Origin: a virus | Lineage: Duplodnaviria > Caudoviricetes | DNA: 43,627 nucleotides | Strand: one strand, 5' to 3' | IMG/VR virus record: IMGVR_UViG_3300019874_000009 | Location: 1 to 43,627 of that record | Shown here: positions 15,338-23,631 of the stretch, piece by piece | Numbering within the stretch: the first letter of the stretch is position 1 | How the letters are laid out: each line of letters starts with the position of its first letter | Program-made: the position numbers and the translations under genes | The notes under the pieces: model-generated | Database searches by the model: none | What the model was told of the DNA's origin: nothing | The model's input: only the letters and a program-made list of their open reading frames with translations

Positions 15338-15556
15338 ATGTCGATGTGCCTGGCGAAGCTCGTGGACGTGTGTCCGTTCGTGCGGAGCATGACTCTTCTC
15401 CACGCGACTCGCCCCGAGATCGCGGTCCGCATCAGGCTGGCGTGGTGGACCTGGCTCGCGTGCGGCCTGATCCACCGCCACACCGCCCGCCAGGTCGTCC
15501 GCTATCAGCGGCTTTGGTGCCCCCCCGACTGGAAGGTGCTGGTCGTGGTGTCGTAG
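15338..15556 (+). CDS. Hypothetical protein
   Basis: Last plus-strand ORF before the convergent hairpin. Confidence 0.5.
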   Translation: MSMCLAKLVDVCPFVRSMTLLHATRPEIAVRIRLAWWTWLACGLIHRHTARQVVRYQRLWCPPDWKVLVVVS

Positions 15557-15619
15557 CAGCTGGGGCCCCGGGCGGCGGTGGAGGGGGGGGAGGAGGGGAA
15601 CCGCCCGGGGCCCGGCTGG
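15557..15619. terminator. Bidirectional terminator-like hairpin between convergent units, with G-rich loop
   Basis: GGGCCCCGGGCGG (15563-15575) / CCGCCCGGGGCCC (15601-15613); fills the gap between TAG 15556 and TGA 15621. Confidence 0.65.
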
Positions 15620-15620
15620 A

Positions 15621-15833
15621 TCATGCGGTCGGCGTGTTCGCCGAGACCGCGGCAGACAGCGCATCCGCCGTCTGCGAGACCTGGTCGGCGAGCGCTCGCA
15701 CCTCGTCCGGATCGTCGGCCGCGTCGCGGATCATCTGCGCCAGCGTGCTGATGAGCTGGCTCGCCGATCCGGCCACGGTCGTGTTGCGCTCCACCTGGGC
15801 GCGAAGGTTCTCGATTTCCTGCTGAAGTGCCAT
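15621..15833 (-). CDS. Small coiled-coil protein
   Basis: AAGGAGG RBS; LRAQVERNTTV..SA...LSAAVSANTP. Confidence 0.8.
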   Translation of the reverse strand: MALQQEIENLRAQVERNTTVAGSASQLISTLAQMIRDAADDPDEVRALADQVSQTADALSAAVSANTPTA

Positions 15834-15834
15834 G

Positions 15835-16053
15835 TCACTCCTCCTTCATCGGGTTGGCGTCGTCGACGGCATCGGCGAGCGCGTTGGTGGTGCGCTCGAG
15901 CTCCTTGGCCAGCTGCCGCACCGTCGACGGATCGGTCACGAGCTCGTCCAGCTTGCGCTCGATCCGGCGCACCCGGATCGTGAGCTCGGTGAGTAGTCCA
16001 TGCAGCGCGTCGAGCTGCACCTCAAGCCATCGTCGTCGTCGGCGGAGCAGCAT
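15835..16053 (-). CDS. Small coiled-coil protein, paralog of 15621..15833
   Basis: AGGAGG RBS; shared DP..VR.LA......AL..AV...P tail. Confidence 0.75.
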   Translation of the reverse strand: MLLRRRRRWLEVQLDALHGLLTELTIRVRRIERKLDELVTDPSTVRQLAKELERTTNALADAVDDANPMKEE

Positions 16054-16054
16054 G

Positions 16055-16369
16055 TCACCTCCTGAGCACAGTCCAGAGCAGCGCGATGATCGCCGGGCCC
16101 GCGACCAGCGTGACGCCCAGGAGAAGATGCATCGCGGTCGTGTGGCGGCGCAGGCCGTAGCGGAAGCGCCGCACTTCGCGCGTGAGCTCGCGCATGGCCT
16201 GGGCGAGGCCGGCGACGGAGATGATCTCGCTGGACGGCGACGGCGCCTTGATCGGCAGGTCCGGCCGAGTCGCGGTGATCGCGCGCTGGCGCCCGGCCCC
16301 GAACAGGAGTTCGGTGGGTTCGCGCCCTGCGTCCGGCACCGGACGCTCGTCCTCGCGCGGCGAGGTCAC
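16055..16369 (-). CDS. Membrane protein (C-terminal TM)
   Basis: GTGA overlap; LLLGVTLVAGPAIIALLWTVLRR. Confidence 0.65.
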   Translation of the reverse strand: MTSPREDERPVPDAGREPTELLFGAGRQRAITATRPDLPIKAPSPSSEIISVAGLAQAMRELTREVRRFRYGLRRHTTAMHLLLGVTLVAGPAIIALLWTVLRR

Positions 16370-16725
16370 CTTCGCCTCAGGATGTAGGCCGCGGCGAGAA
16401 GAGCGAGCGCGAGAATCCCGGAGCTGGCGAGGAGTGTCCAGCACAGTCGTCCGATCTCGCGCGCGAAGATGCCGTCGGATAGCGGCTGGCCTTCGGTCAT
16501 CCATGCTTGGGTGTCGATCGGATCGCCGAGCGGGTGCACGCGGTCGGTGGTTTCACGCGGGCGCTCGAGCTCCGGCATCTTGGTCGTGCGCCCGGCGGGC
16601 GTGAGCTCGAGCGCTCCGAACTCGGGTGGCGTGTCGCGCGCGAACACCTCGGCCATGGTGCGCGACTCGCGAGGGCCCTTGAGCGTCCGGCGCTCGCTCG
16701 GCGGTCGGTCGTCCTCGTGGTCCAT
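16366..16725 (-). CDS. Membrane protein (C-terminal TM)
   Basis: WTLLASSGILALALLAAAYILRRR. Confidence 0.65.
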   Translation of the reverse strand: MDHEDDRPPSERRTLKGPRESRTMAEVFARDTPPEFGALELTPAGRTTKMPELERPRETTDRVHPLGDPIDTQAWMTEGQPLSDGIFAREIGRLCWTLLASSGILALALLAAAYILRRR

Positions 16726-16766
16726 AGGAACGGTCTATCTATCCCATTTCTACGGGCGGCGGGGCG

Positions 16767-16961
16767 TCAATGCCGAGCGCCCCACGAGCCCCAGTGGACC
16801 CACCCTGTGTAGCTGAACAGCACCAGGAGCGCGAGCGCCACGAACGCGAGCCCGACCAGTACGCGGATCGGTCCAGCCGGGATCGGCAGGTAGGTCAGGG
16901 TGAACCATCCGATCACGAGGATGACAGCGACGAGCAGGATCAGTTCGACGATCGCTGGCAT
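16767..16961 (-). CDS. Two-TM small membrane protein
   Basis: Two hydrophobic helices flanking LPIPAGPIR; GGAG RBS. Confidence 0.75.
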   Translation of the reverse strand: MPAIVELILLVAVILVIGWFTLTYLPIPAGPIRVLVGLAFVALALLVLFSYTGWVHWGSWGARH

Positions 16962-16964
16962 GGC

Positions 16965-17246
16965 TCACTCCTGCGGCTGCGGCTGGCGTGGGTCGGTGCG
17001 GATGGTGTACGCCAGGCCGGTCGGGGCCGCCACGACAGGCGGGCCCTCGGCGCGCTTCGCCGCCGCCTTGACCACGCCACGCGACGCGGTGTAGCCCAGC
17101 GCCCCGAGCGCCGCCAGGGCCGCTCCGGCGAGCTGCACCTGCCAGCCGGTCTCGGGAAGGATGCCGGCCCCCATGATCGCGCCGAGGACGACGGCGGCGA
17201 ACGACAGCCAGAACTCGGTGGTCGCAACTCCAGGCTTCGGGTCCAT
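16965..17246 (-). CDS. Putative holin (2 TM)
   Basis: KPGVATTEFWLS N-terminus, two TM helices, YTASRGVVK; downstream of tail genes. Confidence 0.7.
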   Translation of the reverse strand: MDPKPGVATTEFWLSFAAVVLGAIMGAGILPETGWQVQLAGAALAALGALGYTASRGVVKAAAKRAEGPPVVAAPTGLAYTIRTDPRQPQPQE

Positions 17247-17250
17247 GTCT

Positions 17251-17649
17251 CTACTCCTTCTTCACGCCCATCGCGCGGGCGAGCAGCCCGCCTGCGAAGA
17301 GCTCGGCTTGCTCGCCGGCCTTCGTGAGCTCGGCGAGCGCGTTGTCCGCGTCCGACGTCCACACCTTCCACAGCTGTTCGAACGCCTCGTCGACCAGGAT
17401 GCGCTGGGCGGTGCCCAGGCTGAGGCCAGCTGCGCCGAGCCCCGCGTCGATCACGCGGGCGAACTGCGCGTGCATCAGGACCTTGTCCTGGGTGTCGCGC
17501 ACGACCCGCCCGGCCTCGGCGAACGCGACCCGCGCGTACTTGACGATCTCGTCCTTCTGAGCGATGCGCGTGCGGCGAAACCAGTCCCACGCTCGCTCGG
17601 CCACCACCGCCACCACGCCGGTCGAAACCAGCCATTGCCAGACGCTCAT
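17251..17649 (-). CDS. Membrane-anchored protein (holin or spanin-like)
   Basis: N-terminal TM followed by helical domain; GGAGG RBS. Confidence 0.6.
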   Translation of the reverse strand: MSVWQWLVSTGVVAVVAERAWDWFRRTRIAQKDEIVKYARVAFAEAGRVVRDTQDKVLMHAQFARVIDAGLGAAGLSLGTAQRILVDEAFEQLWKVWTSDADNALAELTKAGEQAELFAGGLLARAMGVKKE

Positions 17650-18161
17650 TGGGCCTCCTCTGTGCCCGCGTCGGGCGCGAGCGGTTCGGGTGGTATCGGC
17701 TTCGGCGCGATCGCCGCAGCGTCCGCGGTCGGAGGGATCGGGATCGGCTTGGCCTTGACGAGCTCGGCAGGCGGCGACTTGTGGCGCCCGTTCCCGCTCG
17801 AGCGGGTGGCCATGCAGAACGCGCGCAGTTCGTTGAAGCGATCGGTCACGACGTTGAGTCGCCGATCCTGCTCGGTGTCCTTGGTCGCCCCCACCGAATA
17901 GACCTTGTCGGTCACCTGGTCGACCGCCTTCGCGCGCCGGTCGGCCACGGTGGCGGTCTGCTTCGACTCCACCGCGTCAGCCTTGATGTCGGTCTGTTCC
18001 TCGTGCAGCCAGAACACGCCGCCGATCGACCCGCCGCCGAGGATGACGGCCAGCGCGCTGCCGAGCACCGAGCGCCGAGCTCGGCGCAAGACGTCGCGCC
18101 GGAAGTGGATGGACACCATCTCGGGGGTCTCTTCTCGCTCGCGTGGCATGTAGCGCTCCAC
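17646..18161 (-). CDS. Membrane protein with TM, coiled coil and Pro-rich tail (possible i-spanin)
   Basis: SVLGSALAVILGGGSIGGVFW; single Cys late in the coil; position in lysis region. Confidence 0.55.
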   Translation of the reverse strand: MERYMPREREETPEMVSIHFRRDVLRRARRSVLGSALAVILGGGSIGGVFWLHEEQTDIKADAVESKQTATVADRRAKAVDQVTDKVYSVGATKDTEQDRRLNVVTDRFNELRAFCMATRSSGNGRHKSPPAELVKAKPIPIPPTADAAAIAPKPIPPEPLAPDAGTEEAQ

Positions 18162-18245
18162 CTGGTTCAGCCTAGCCCGGAGGCGGTTGTTTCAGCGGTA
18201 GGCCAGCGAGAGATCGCCCGGGGGTCGAGTCGCCAGCAACCTAAC

Positions 18246-19313
18246 TCAGGCTTCCCATTGGTACAGGGACCACCCGGTGAACGTGGTCGCGCGGCCACCG
18301 GTGTCCGCTTCCATCGCCCACGACCCGAACGCGTTGGGCATGGTGACGTTCGCGACCACCCACGGCCAGAGCGGTGTCCCGTTGTCGAAGCCGTCGACGG
18401 TCGCAGTGAAGCCGAACGTTGCGCCGCCGGGGCCGCGGAGTCTGAAGTCCATCGACTGCGACCCACCGGAGATGACCGGACGGACCGCCATGCGGCACGG
18501 GATCGCGGCCGGGCGTTGGAGCGAGCCGCGGTTGACGTTGTTGATGATCTGCGTCGGGCCGCCGGTGCCGAGAATTTCCTGGAAGGCCGAGCTGGCGATG
18601 GTGGGCGCGTACGCTGTCTCAACCGAGTAGTTCGGCGTCCACGACAGGAGGTGCCCGGCGTTGTGGCGCCACAGGTTCACCGCGGCGACGTTGAGGTCGA
18701 CCTGGTCGGCCCGCATGATCGGTCCCTCGTTGACGAACGATGTCGGGTTGGTGATGACCGCGACCGAGTCGTCCGCGTACCGGTCCATGGTCTCGTGGAT
18801 CGTCATCGAGGCAACCCGCGCGCCGTTCGTGAAGCGGACGATCCCGGTGTACTCGGTGTTGGGCAGAAGGTTGGGCATCCGAAGGAGCTTGAAGACGACG
18901 TCGGAGGCGCCGATCGTGACGCCCGCATCGTTGGGCGCGTAGCTGAACCGGTTCTCGTGGAGCGTGCCCGGCGCGCTGGCCTGGACGACCTGGATCGACA
19001 CCGTCGGCACCGACGTGCCCGGCAGGTCGGACGCGGCGAGGGCGAGGTGGATGTCGATCTGCGTTACGCCGTCGGACGTGCGGAAGAAGAAGGGCCACGC
19101 GAAGCCGCTGCTCGAAGAGAAGCCGCTGGTCGACTGAAGGAACCGCCAGTCTTGCGACTTGCAGATGATGAGCTTGCGTTGCTTGGTCGCGATCGAGTTG
19201 TAGCCCCGGGCGAGCCTGGCCATGAGACCGGCGGAGATGAGCTTGCGGTTGCGCGCCAGGTTGTTGGACTGGAGCATCCCGGGGATGTTGCGCGAGACGT
19301 CGTGTTTGCTCAC
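18246..19313 (-). CDS. Minor tail/virion structural protein
   Basis: GTG 19313 in GTGA overlap; beta-rich composition; tail-tip cluster. Confidence 0.75.
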   Translation of the reverse strand: MSKHDVSRNIPGMLQSNNLARNRKLISAGLMARLARGYNSIATKQRKLIICKSQDWRFLQSTSGFSSSSGFAWPFFFRTSDGVTQIDIHLALAASDLPGTSVPTVSIQVVQASAPGTLHENRFSYAPNDAGVTIGASDVVFKLLRMPNLLPNTEYTGIVRFTNGARVASMTIHETMDRYADDSVAVITNPTSFVNEGPIMRADQVDLNVAAVNLWRHNAGHLLSWTPNYSVETAYAPTIASSAFQEILGTGGPTQIINNVNRGSLQRPAAIPCRMAVRPVISGGSQSMDFRLRGPGGATFGFTATVDGFDNGTPLWPWVVANVTMPNAFGSWAMEADTGGRATTFTGWSLYQWEA

Positions 19314-20095
19314 CAGGCCACCGTCCAGTTGAGCGCGACCAGGGCCGCGCGCGTTGAGATGAGGTCGGCGTCCGCGCCCTTCCAGAACGCGAGGAAGCCG
19401 AGGCGGGCGGCCAGCGAGTTGCCACTCGGCGGGCCGAAGCCGGAACCTGTGTTGGTGATCGCGTCCTGGGCAGAGCTCACCACGGGCAGGTAGTTGCGCA
19501 GGTCGGTCATGATCCCCATCGCGGTCGAACTGTTCGACTTGCGGTAGAGGAGGAACGGGTGGACTGTGCCGATGCCGGAGTGGTCGGGCCCGGTGGTGTC
19601 GTTCAGGAACGATCCGTCGAACGCCGAGCGCAGCCGACCGGTACCGCCGAGCGCGCAGCCCCAGTTGGTGTTCCCTTGGGTGAGCATCAGGATCGATCCG
19701 CTCGACGTGAAGCTCGCGTAGGCCAGCCAAGCCCACGCCTGATTGAGCGCGATCGAGAACGCGGCGGAGGGGGAGTGCCACCGCTGGCCGGACGCTCCGG
19801 TGGTGCCGGCGAACTTTCGGGTCCAGCCGGCGACACTCTGCCCGTTCAGAAGCCCGCTACCGGCCGCCACCAGCGCGTCGGAGCCGATGAGCGGCGCCAG
19901 GTCGCCGGACGCGTCGCCACAGGCCCACGAGGCAAGGGGCGTGGGCAGTCCGCGCGCGGTCCAGTGAGCCGCGGTCTCGGGCACGTACACGCCGCCCGGC
20001 CCGTCCTCGGGCTCCGAGGCGCCAGCGGCGGCGGGGGTCGCGCCCAGGGCGAGCTCGGCCGCCAGCGAGCTCTTGAGCGTGTCGGCCAGGATCAC
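19310..20095 (-). CDS. Virion fibre protein with lectin/LamG-like domain
   Basis: GTG 20095 in GTGA overlap; WACGDASGDL motif; similar to the C-terminal domain of 23632..26277. Confidence 0.7.
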   Translation of the reverse strand: MILADTLKSSLAAELALGATPAAAGASEPEDGPGGVYVPETAAHWTARGLPTPLASWACGDASGDLAPLIGSDALVAAGSGLLNGQSVAGWTRKFAGTTGASGQRWHSPSAAFSIALNQAWAWLAYASFTSSGSILMLTQGNTNWGCALGGTGRLRSAFDGSFLNDTTGPDHSGIGTVHPFLLYRKSNSSTAMGIMTDLRNYLPVVSSAQDAITNTGSGFGPPSGNSLAARLGFLAFWKGADADLISTRAALVALNWTVAW

Positions 20096-23000
20096 GGCGG
20101 CACGGTGATCGGCGTGAGCATCAGCCGGTTGAAGCCGCGGAACTGGCCGAACGCCCCGAGCCCGGAGATCGAGAGCTCGACCGTGATCCACGTGATGCCT
20201 GCGGTGTCGGCCGGGATGATCGGCAGCTCCCTCTGCGGCTGGATGACGTCGCCGGTGCCCCCGGTCCACAGGAACTCGACCTGCTTGAACGGGCCGACAA
20301 AGTTGGCGTGCTGGTCGGCCGGGCCGTGGGGCGGGAACTTGGACGTCGTCACCCGACAGCGGACCGTCGCCGCCGCGACCGTGGTGCGAAGGATGGGGGA
20401 CACCAGGAGCTTGCGGTGCGCGGTCGACGTCGGCATCAGGCCGAAGAAGAACGGGAACACGTCGGACACGAGGTAGTTGGGGCTCGTGGTCCCGTGGTGC
20501 TGGTAGTGGATCATCTGCGCCTGCTGCGCGCAGGTGTACGACAGAAGGTTGTTGATGTTCACACAGTGGTCGAGCACCGTGCCCGCGTGGAGCGGACGGC
20601 CGTCGTCGTCCACGAAGGTCGGCGGCAGGCGATAGAGCAGGGCGGCGGGCGTGAGCGAGCGGTCGAACGGGACCGTGCCCTCCTCCCCGAACGTGTTGGC
20701 CTCGGCCTCGTCCTCGATGAGCCCGTCGTCGTCGGCCAGGAACGCGACCAGTTGCTGCGAGTCGTTCACCTCGGAGTGCCGCTGGTAGGTGAGCCGATAC
20801 TCCTTCGCCGCCGAGTACGTGGGCGCCACCAGGTCGGCGGTCAGGCGCACGTATCCGCCGGCCGGGTTGACCGCGCCCGACGCGGCCAGCTGGCGGTCCC
20901 AGAAGAGCGGCGCCGCCGGGGCGGGCGGGTCGATCTCGTAGAGCCGCACCCGGTCGCCATTGGCGAACGTCGTGAGGTCCGGCGGCTCGAACACCGGCCG
21001 CGAGTACATGTACGGCTTGATCTTGAGCGCCGGGCCGCCCGCCGCGGTGGCCGCGTAGCCCGCGGTGAAGGTGATCCCGTTGACGGTGCCCGAGAAATCG
21101 GTGTCCACGTCGGCGGCCGGGGCGACCGGGAAGGTGCGGTCCTCGTCCACGAACAGGAGTGTAGCGGTGCCGAAGAGCTCGCCGCCCTCGTGGCCGTAGC
21201 TCTTGGACACGCCGATGCAGATGCATCCGCGCGACACGAGCCCCCGCTCGCCCGATACCATGTTGCGCACGAGCAGGTCCGACACCGCCACCACGTCGCC
21301 GGGGCACATCGCGAACAGCGTGGGCGCGATCGGCCGCTGCACCGTCTTCATGGGCCGGGAGAAGGCTGGCAGCACGCGCGCAATCAGGTTCGCTGCCAGC
21401 GCCTCGACGCTGGTTCCCGTCCCTGCCGCATCCGAGTACGAGTTCACCGCCTCGATGGTCGCGGCCTGGCTTTCACCGAAGATGGAGATCGACGTCTCGT
21501 CTCGCACGGTGAGCGACGTCATGTACTCGCCGGACCCGGCCGAGCGGTTGTAGTCGACCTTGACCACGTTCACGAACGAGTCGGACGACTCGCGCGTCTG
21601 CGATATGAGCTGCTCGCCCTGGTCGGCGGCCGCGGCTTTGTTGTCCTCGTTGAGCACCCAGTCGACGTGGAGCGGGTTGGGCGCGGGCGGGCTGCGCAGG
21701 ACAAACCCGCCGTCCTTGAACACGAACCAGGCGAAGCGCAGGAGCAGCTCGCCGATGAACATGTCCATAAAGCGCGTCGGCCGGTCGATGAACAGCATCG
21801 TCGTCTCGTGCTCGAGCGCCTGGTCGAGGTGACGCACGCCGTCGATCCATGGCTGGCCGAGCAGGGCCCACGGGATCGCCGGGCCGCCGAGCGCGCGCCC
21901 GAACACGTCATAGGTCGGGTGGTTCACGCCGCGCCCGTCGGTGGAGACGATCACCTTGGTAAACAGGTCGGCGAAGCTTCCCACCATGGTGACGACCTGG
22001 ACGATGTCGAACCGGTCGTCGTCGTCCTCGACCGTCTTGCCCAGGCGGTACGAGTCCACCACGCCGAGCTCCGCGTAGCCCGCGAAGTTGAGCGAGCGGC
22101 TGACCTGGTCTATGTGGGTCCCGTTGTAGCGGCCGAAGAAAAGCCGGTTGCCCATCAAGAAGAGCGACCAGTTCTCGTCGGTGTTCGACCACGTGTCGTA
22201 AGGCGGCGGCAGATAGGCGGTGTGTTCGAACCACTCGCCGTCCTGGGCCTCGAGGTCGACGCGGCCGGCGAGCTCGGTCCATCGGCGAGCGGTCTGGAAC
22301 GGCTTCACGACGTAGGGCGGCGACGGGCTCTGTGACACCAGCTCGGCGACGTCGCCCATCGACGCGGGGCCACCGATGTAGAACAGCTCGCGCGAGATGC
22401 CGTAGCGCTCGAAGTCCCGGCTCCGCAAGTACCCTCCGTTCCCCGTCCCCGAGCCGGTCGACGCGGGTCGCTCGACCGACTCGAATCCGAGGAACGAGAA
22501 GGGCTCGCTCGATGTGCAGTAGAGCCGCGCCTCCCACGTGAGCGCGGTCGAGAACAACACGTCGAGCTCGAAGCTCCGGCTCCCGCCCGACCCGGTCGTC
22601 AACCCGCAACTCCACCTCGCCTGATCGGACGGCCTCGTCACCGGCCCGGCGGTCGAGATGCGCACCCACCCGCTCGCCGATGCGACGTAGCTGTTCAAGC
22701 GCGCAAGGAAGTCGCCGAGCTCGTGGTATCCAGCGTTCACCTCGAAATCACCGGAGGCGCCCGACGCGACCACGGTGAGCGGGTTCTTGCCGTAGGCGAT
22801 GCCGAGTTGGCGCTCGACCGCTCGGAAGATCCATCCGGTCTCGAGCCGCACGCCGCGCTGCACGTGCCCGACCCACTGCCGCTTGAAGAGCACCGAGTCT
22901 CGGAAGAGCGCGCGCATGTCCTCGCAGCTGAGCACCGTCGATCCGGTCTTCGGATCGTCCACCATGTCGGTGATGCGCCCGGCGAACTCGAGCGTGGCCT

Positions 23001-23631
23001 GCGACCGCGGGTTCCACCGCCCGCCCTTGATTGTGTGCATGTAGAGCGCGCACATCCGGCCCTTCCAGGCGCCTGGCGAGCTCTGCACCATGGGTCGGTT
23101 GGCCGCGTCGAAGTTCTGCTGTTGGGCGAGCTCGATCGCGCGCGACCAGTAGGTCTTGCCGACGTCGTGGAACGGGTGATGGGACCCGGCCTCGAGCACC
23201 GTCCACGTGTTGGGCGTGGCCTGGGTGACCACCATGCGCTGGCCCCCGACGAACACCGCGTTGTCTGCCAGGCCCGCGTCGTTGATCGTGGCGTCGACGT
23301 CGAGGATACCCGTCCCGTTCGCCAGCGGCCGGAACGGCGAGCGCAGCCGCGACCGGTAGTCGGGCCTGCTCTTCCAGACCGCCTTGCCGAACCGGTCGTC
23401 GGGCGTGGCCTGCACCTCGAACGTGAGCGTCGGGACGTCGATGGTCTCGGCCCATGGCTCGATCTTCTGGCGCATCGTGCCGCGCACCTTCAGGCCCGGG
23501 TGCGCCAGCGTCCAGCTCGACCCGCCCCAGGCCGCGATGACCTGCGCGTCGTCCGAGAACCCGCCGTCGTGGATCAGGTACTCGTATCCCTCGATGGCGA
23601 GGACAAACGCGACCTGCGAGGACGGCGGCAC
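20092..23631 (-). CDS. Large tail tip/hub protein (central fibre-like)
   Basis: 1179 aa downstream of tape measure and distal tail gene; VNVVKVDYN..DETSISIFGE and PGDVVAVSD patterns typical of tail hubs. Confidence 0.75.
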   Translation of the reverse strand: MPPSSQVAFVLAIEGYEYLIHDGGFSDDAQVIAAWGGSSWTLAHPGLKVRGTMRQKIEPWAETIDVPTLTFEVQATPDDRFGKAVWKSRPDYRSRLRSPFRPLANGTGILDVDATINDAGLADNAVFVGGQRMVVTQATPNTWTVLEAGSHHPFHDVGKTYWSRAIELAQQQNFDAANRPMVQSSPGAWKGRMCALYMHTIKGGRWNPRSQATLEFAGRITDMVDDPKTGSTVLSCEDMRALFRDSVLFKRQWVGHVQRGVRLETGWIFRAVERQLGIAYGKNPLTVVASGASGDFEVNAGYHELGDFLARLNSYVASASGWVRISTAGPVTRPSDQARWSCGLTTGSGGSRSFELDVLFSTALTWEARLYCTSSEPFSFLGFESVERPASTGSGTGNGGYLRSRDFERYGISRELFYIGGPASMGDVAELVSQSPSPPYVVKPFQTARRWTELAGRVDLEAQDGEWFEHTAYLPPPYDTWSNTDENWSLFLMGNRLFFGRYNGTHIDQVSRSLNFAGYAELGVVDSYRLGKTVEDDDDRFDIVQVVTMVGSFADLFTKVIVSTDGRGVNHPTYDVFGRALGGPAIPWALLGQPWIDGVRHLDQALEHETTMLFIDRPTRFMDMFIGELLLRFAWFVFKDGGFVLRSPPAPNPLHVDWVLNEDNKAAAADQGEQLISQTRESSDSFVNVVKVDYNRSAGSGEYMTSLTVRDETSISIFGESQAATIEAVNSYSDAAGTGTSVEALAANLIARVLPAFSRPMKTVQRPIAPTLFAMCPGDVVAVSDLLVRNMVSGERGLVSRGCICIGVSKSYGHEGGELFGTATLLFVDEDRTFPVAPAADVDTDFSGTVNGITFTAGYAATAAGGPALKIKPYMYSRPVFEPPDLTTFANGDRVRLYEIDPPAPAAPLFWDRQLAASGAVNPAGGYVRLTADLVAPTYSAAKEYRLTYQRHSEVNDSQQLVAFLADDDGLIEDEAEANTFGEEGTVPFDRSLTPAALLYRLPPTFVDDDGRPLHAGTVLDHCVNINNLLSYTCAQQAQMIHYQHHGTTSPNYLVSDVFPFFFGLMPTSTAHRKLLVSPILRTTVAAATVRCRVTTSKFPPHGPADQHANFVGPFKQVEFLWTGGTGDVIQPQRELPIIPADTAGITWITVELSISGLGAFGQFRGFNRLMLTPITVPP

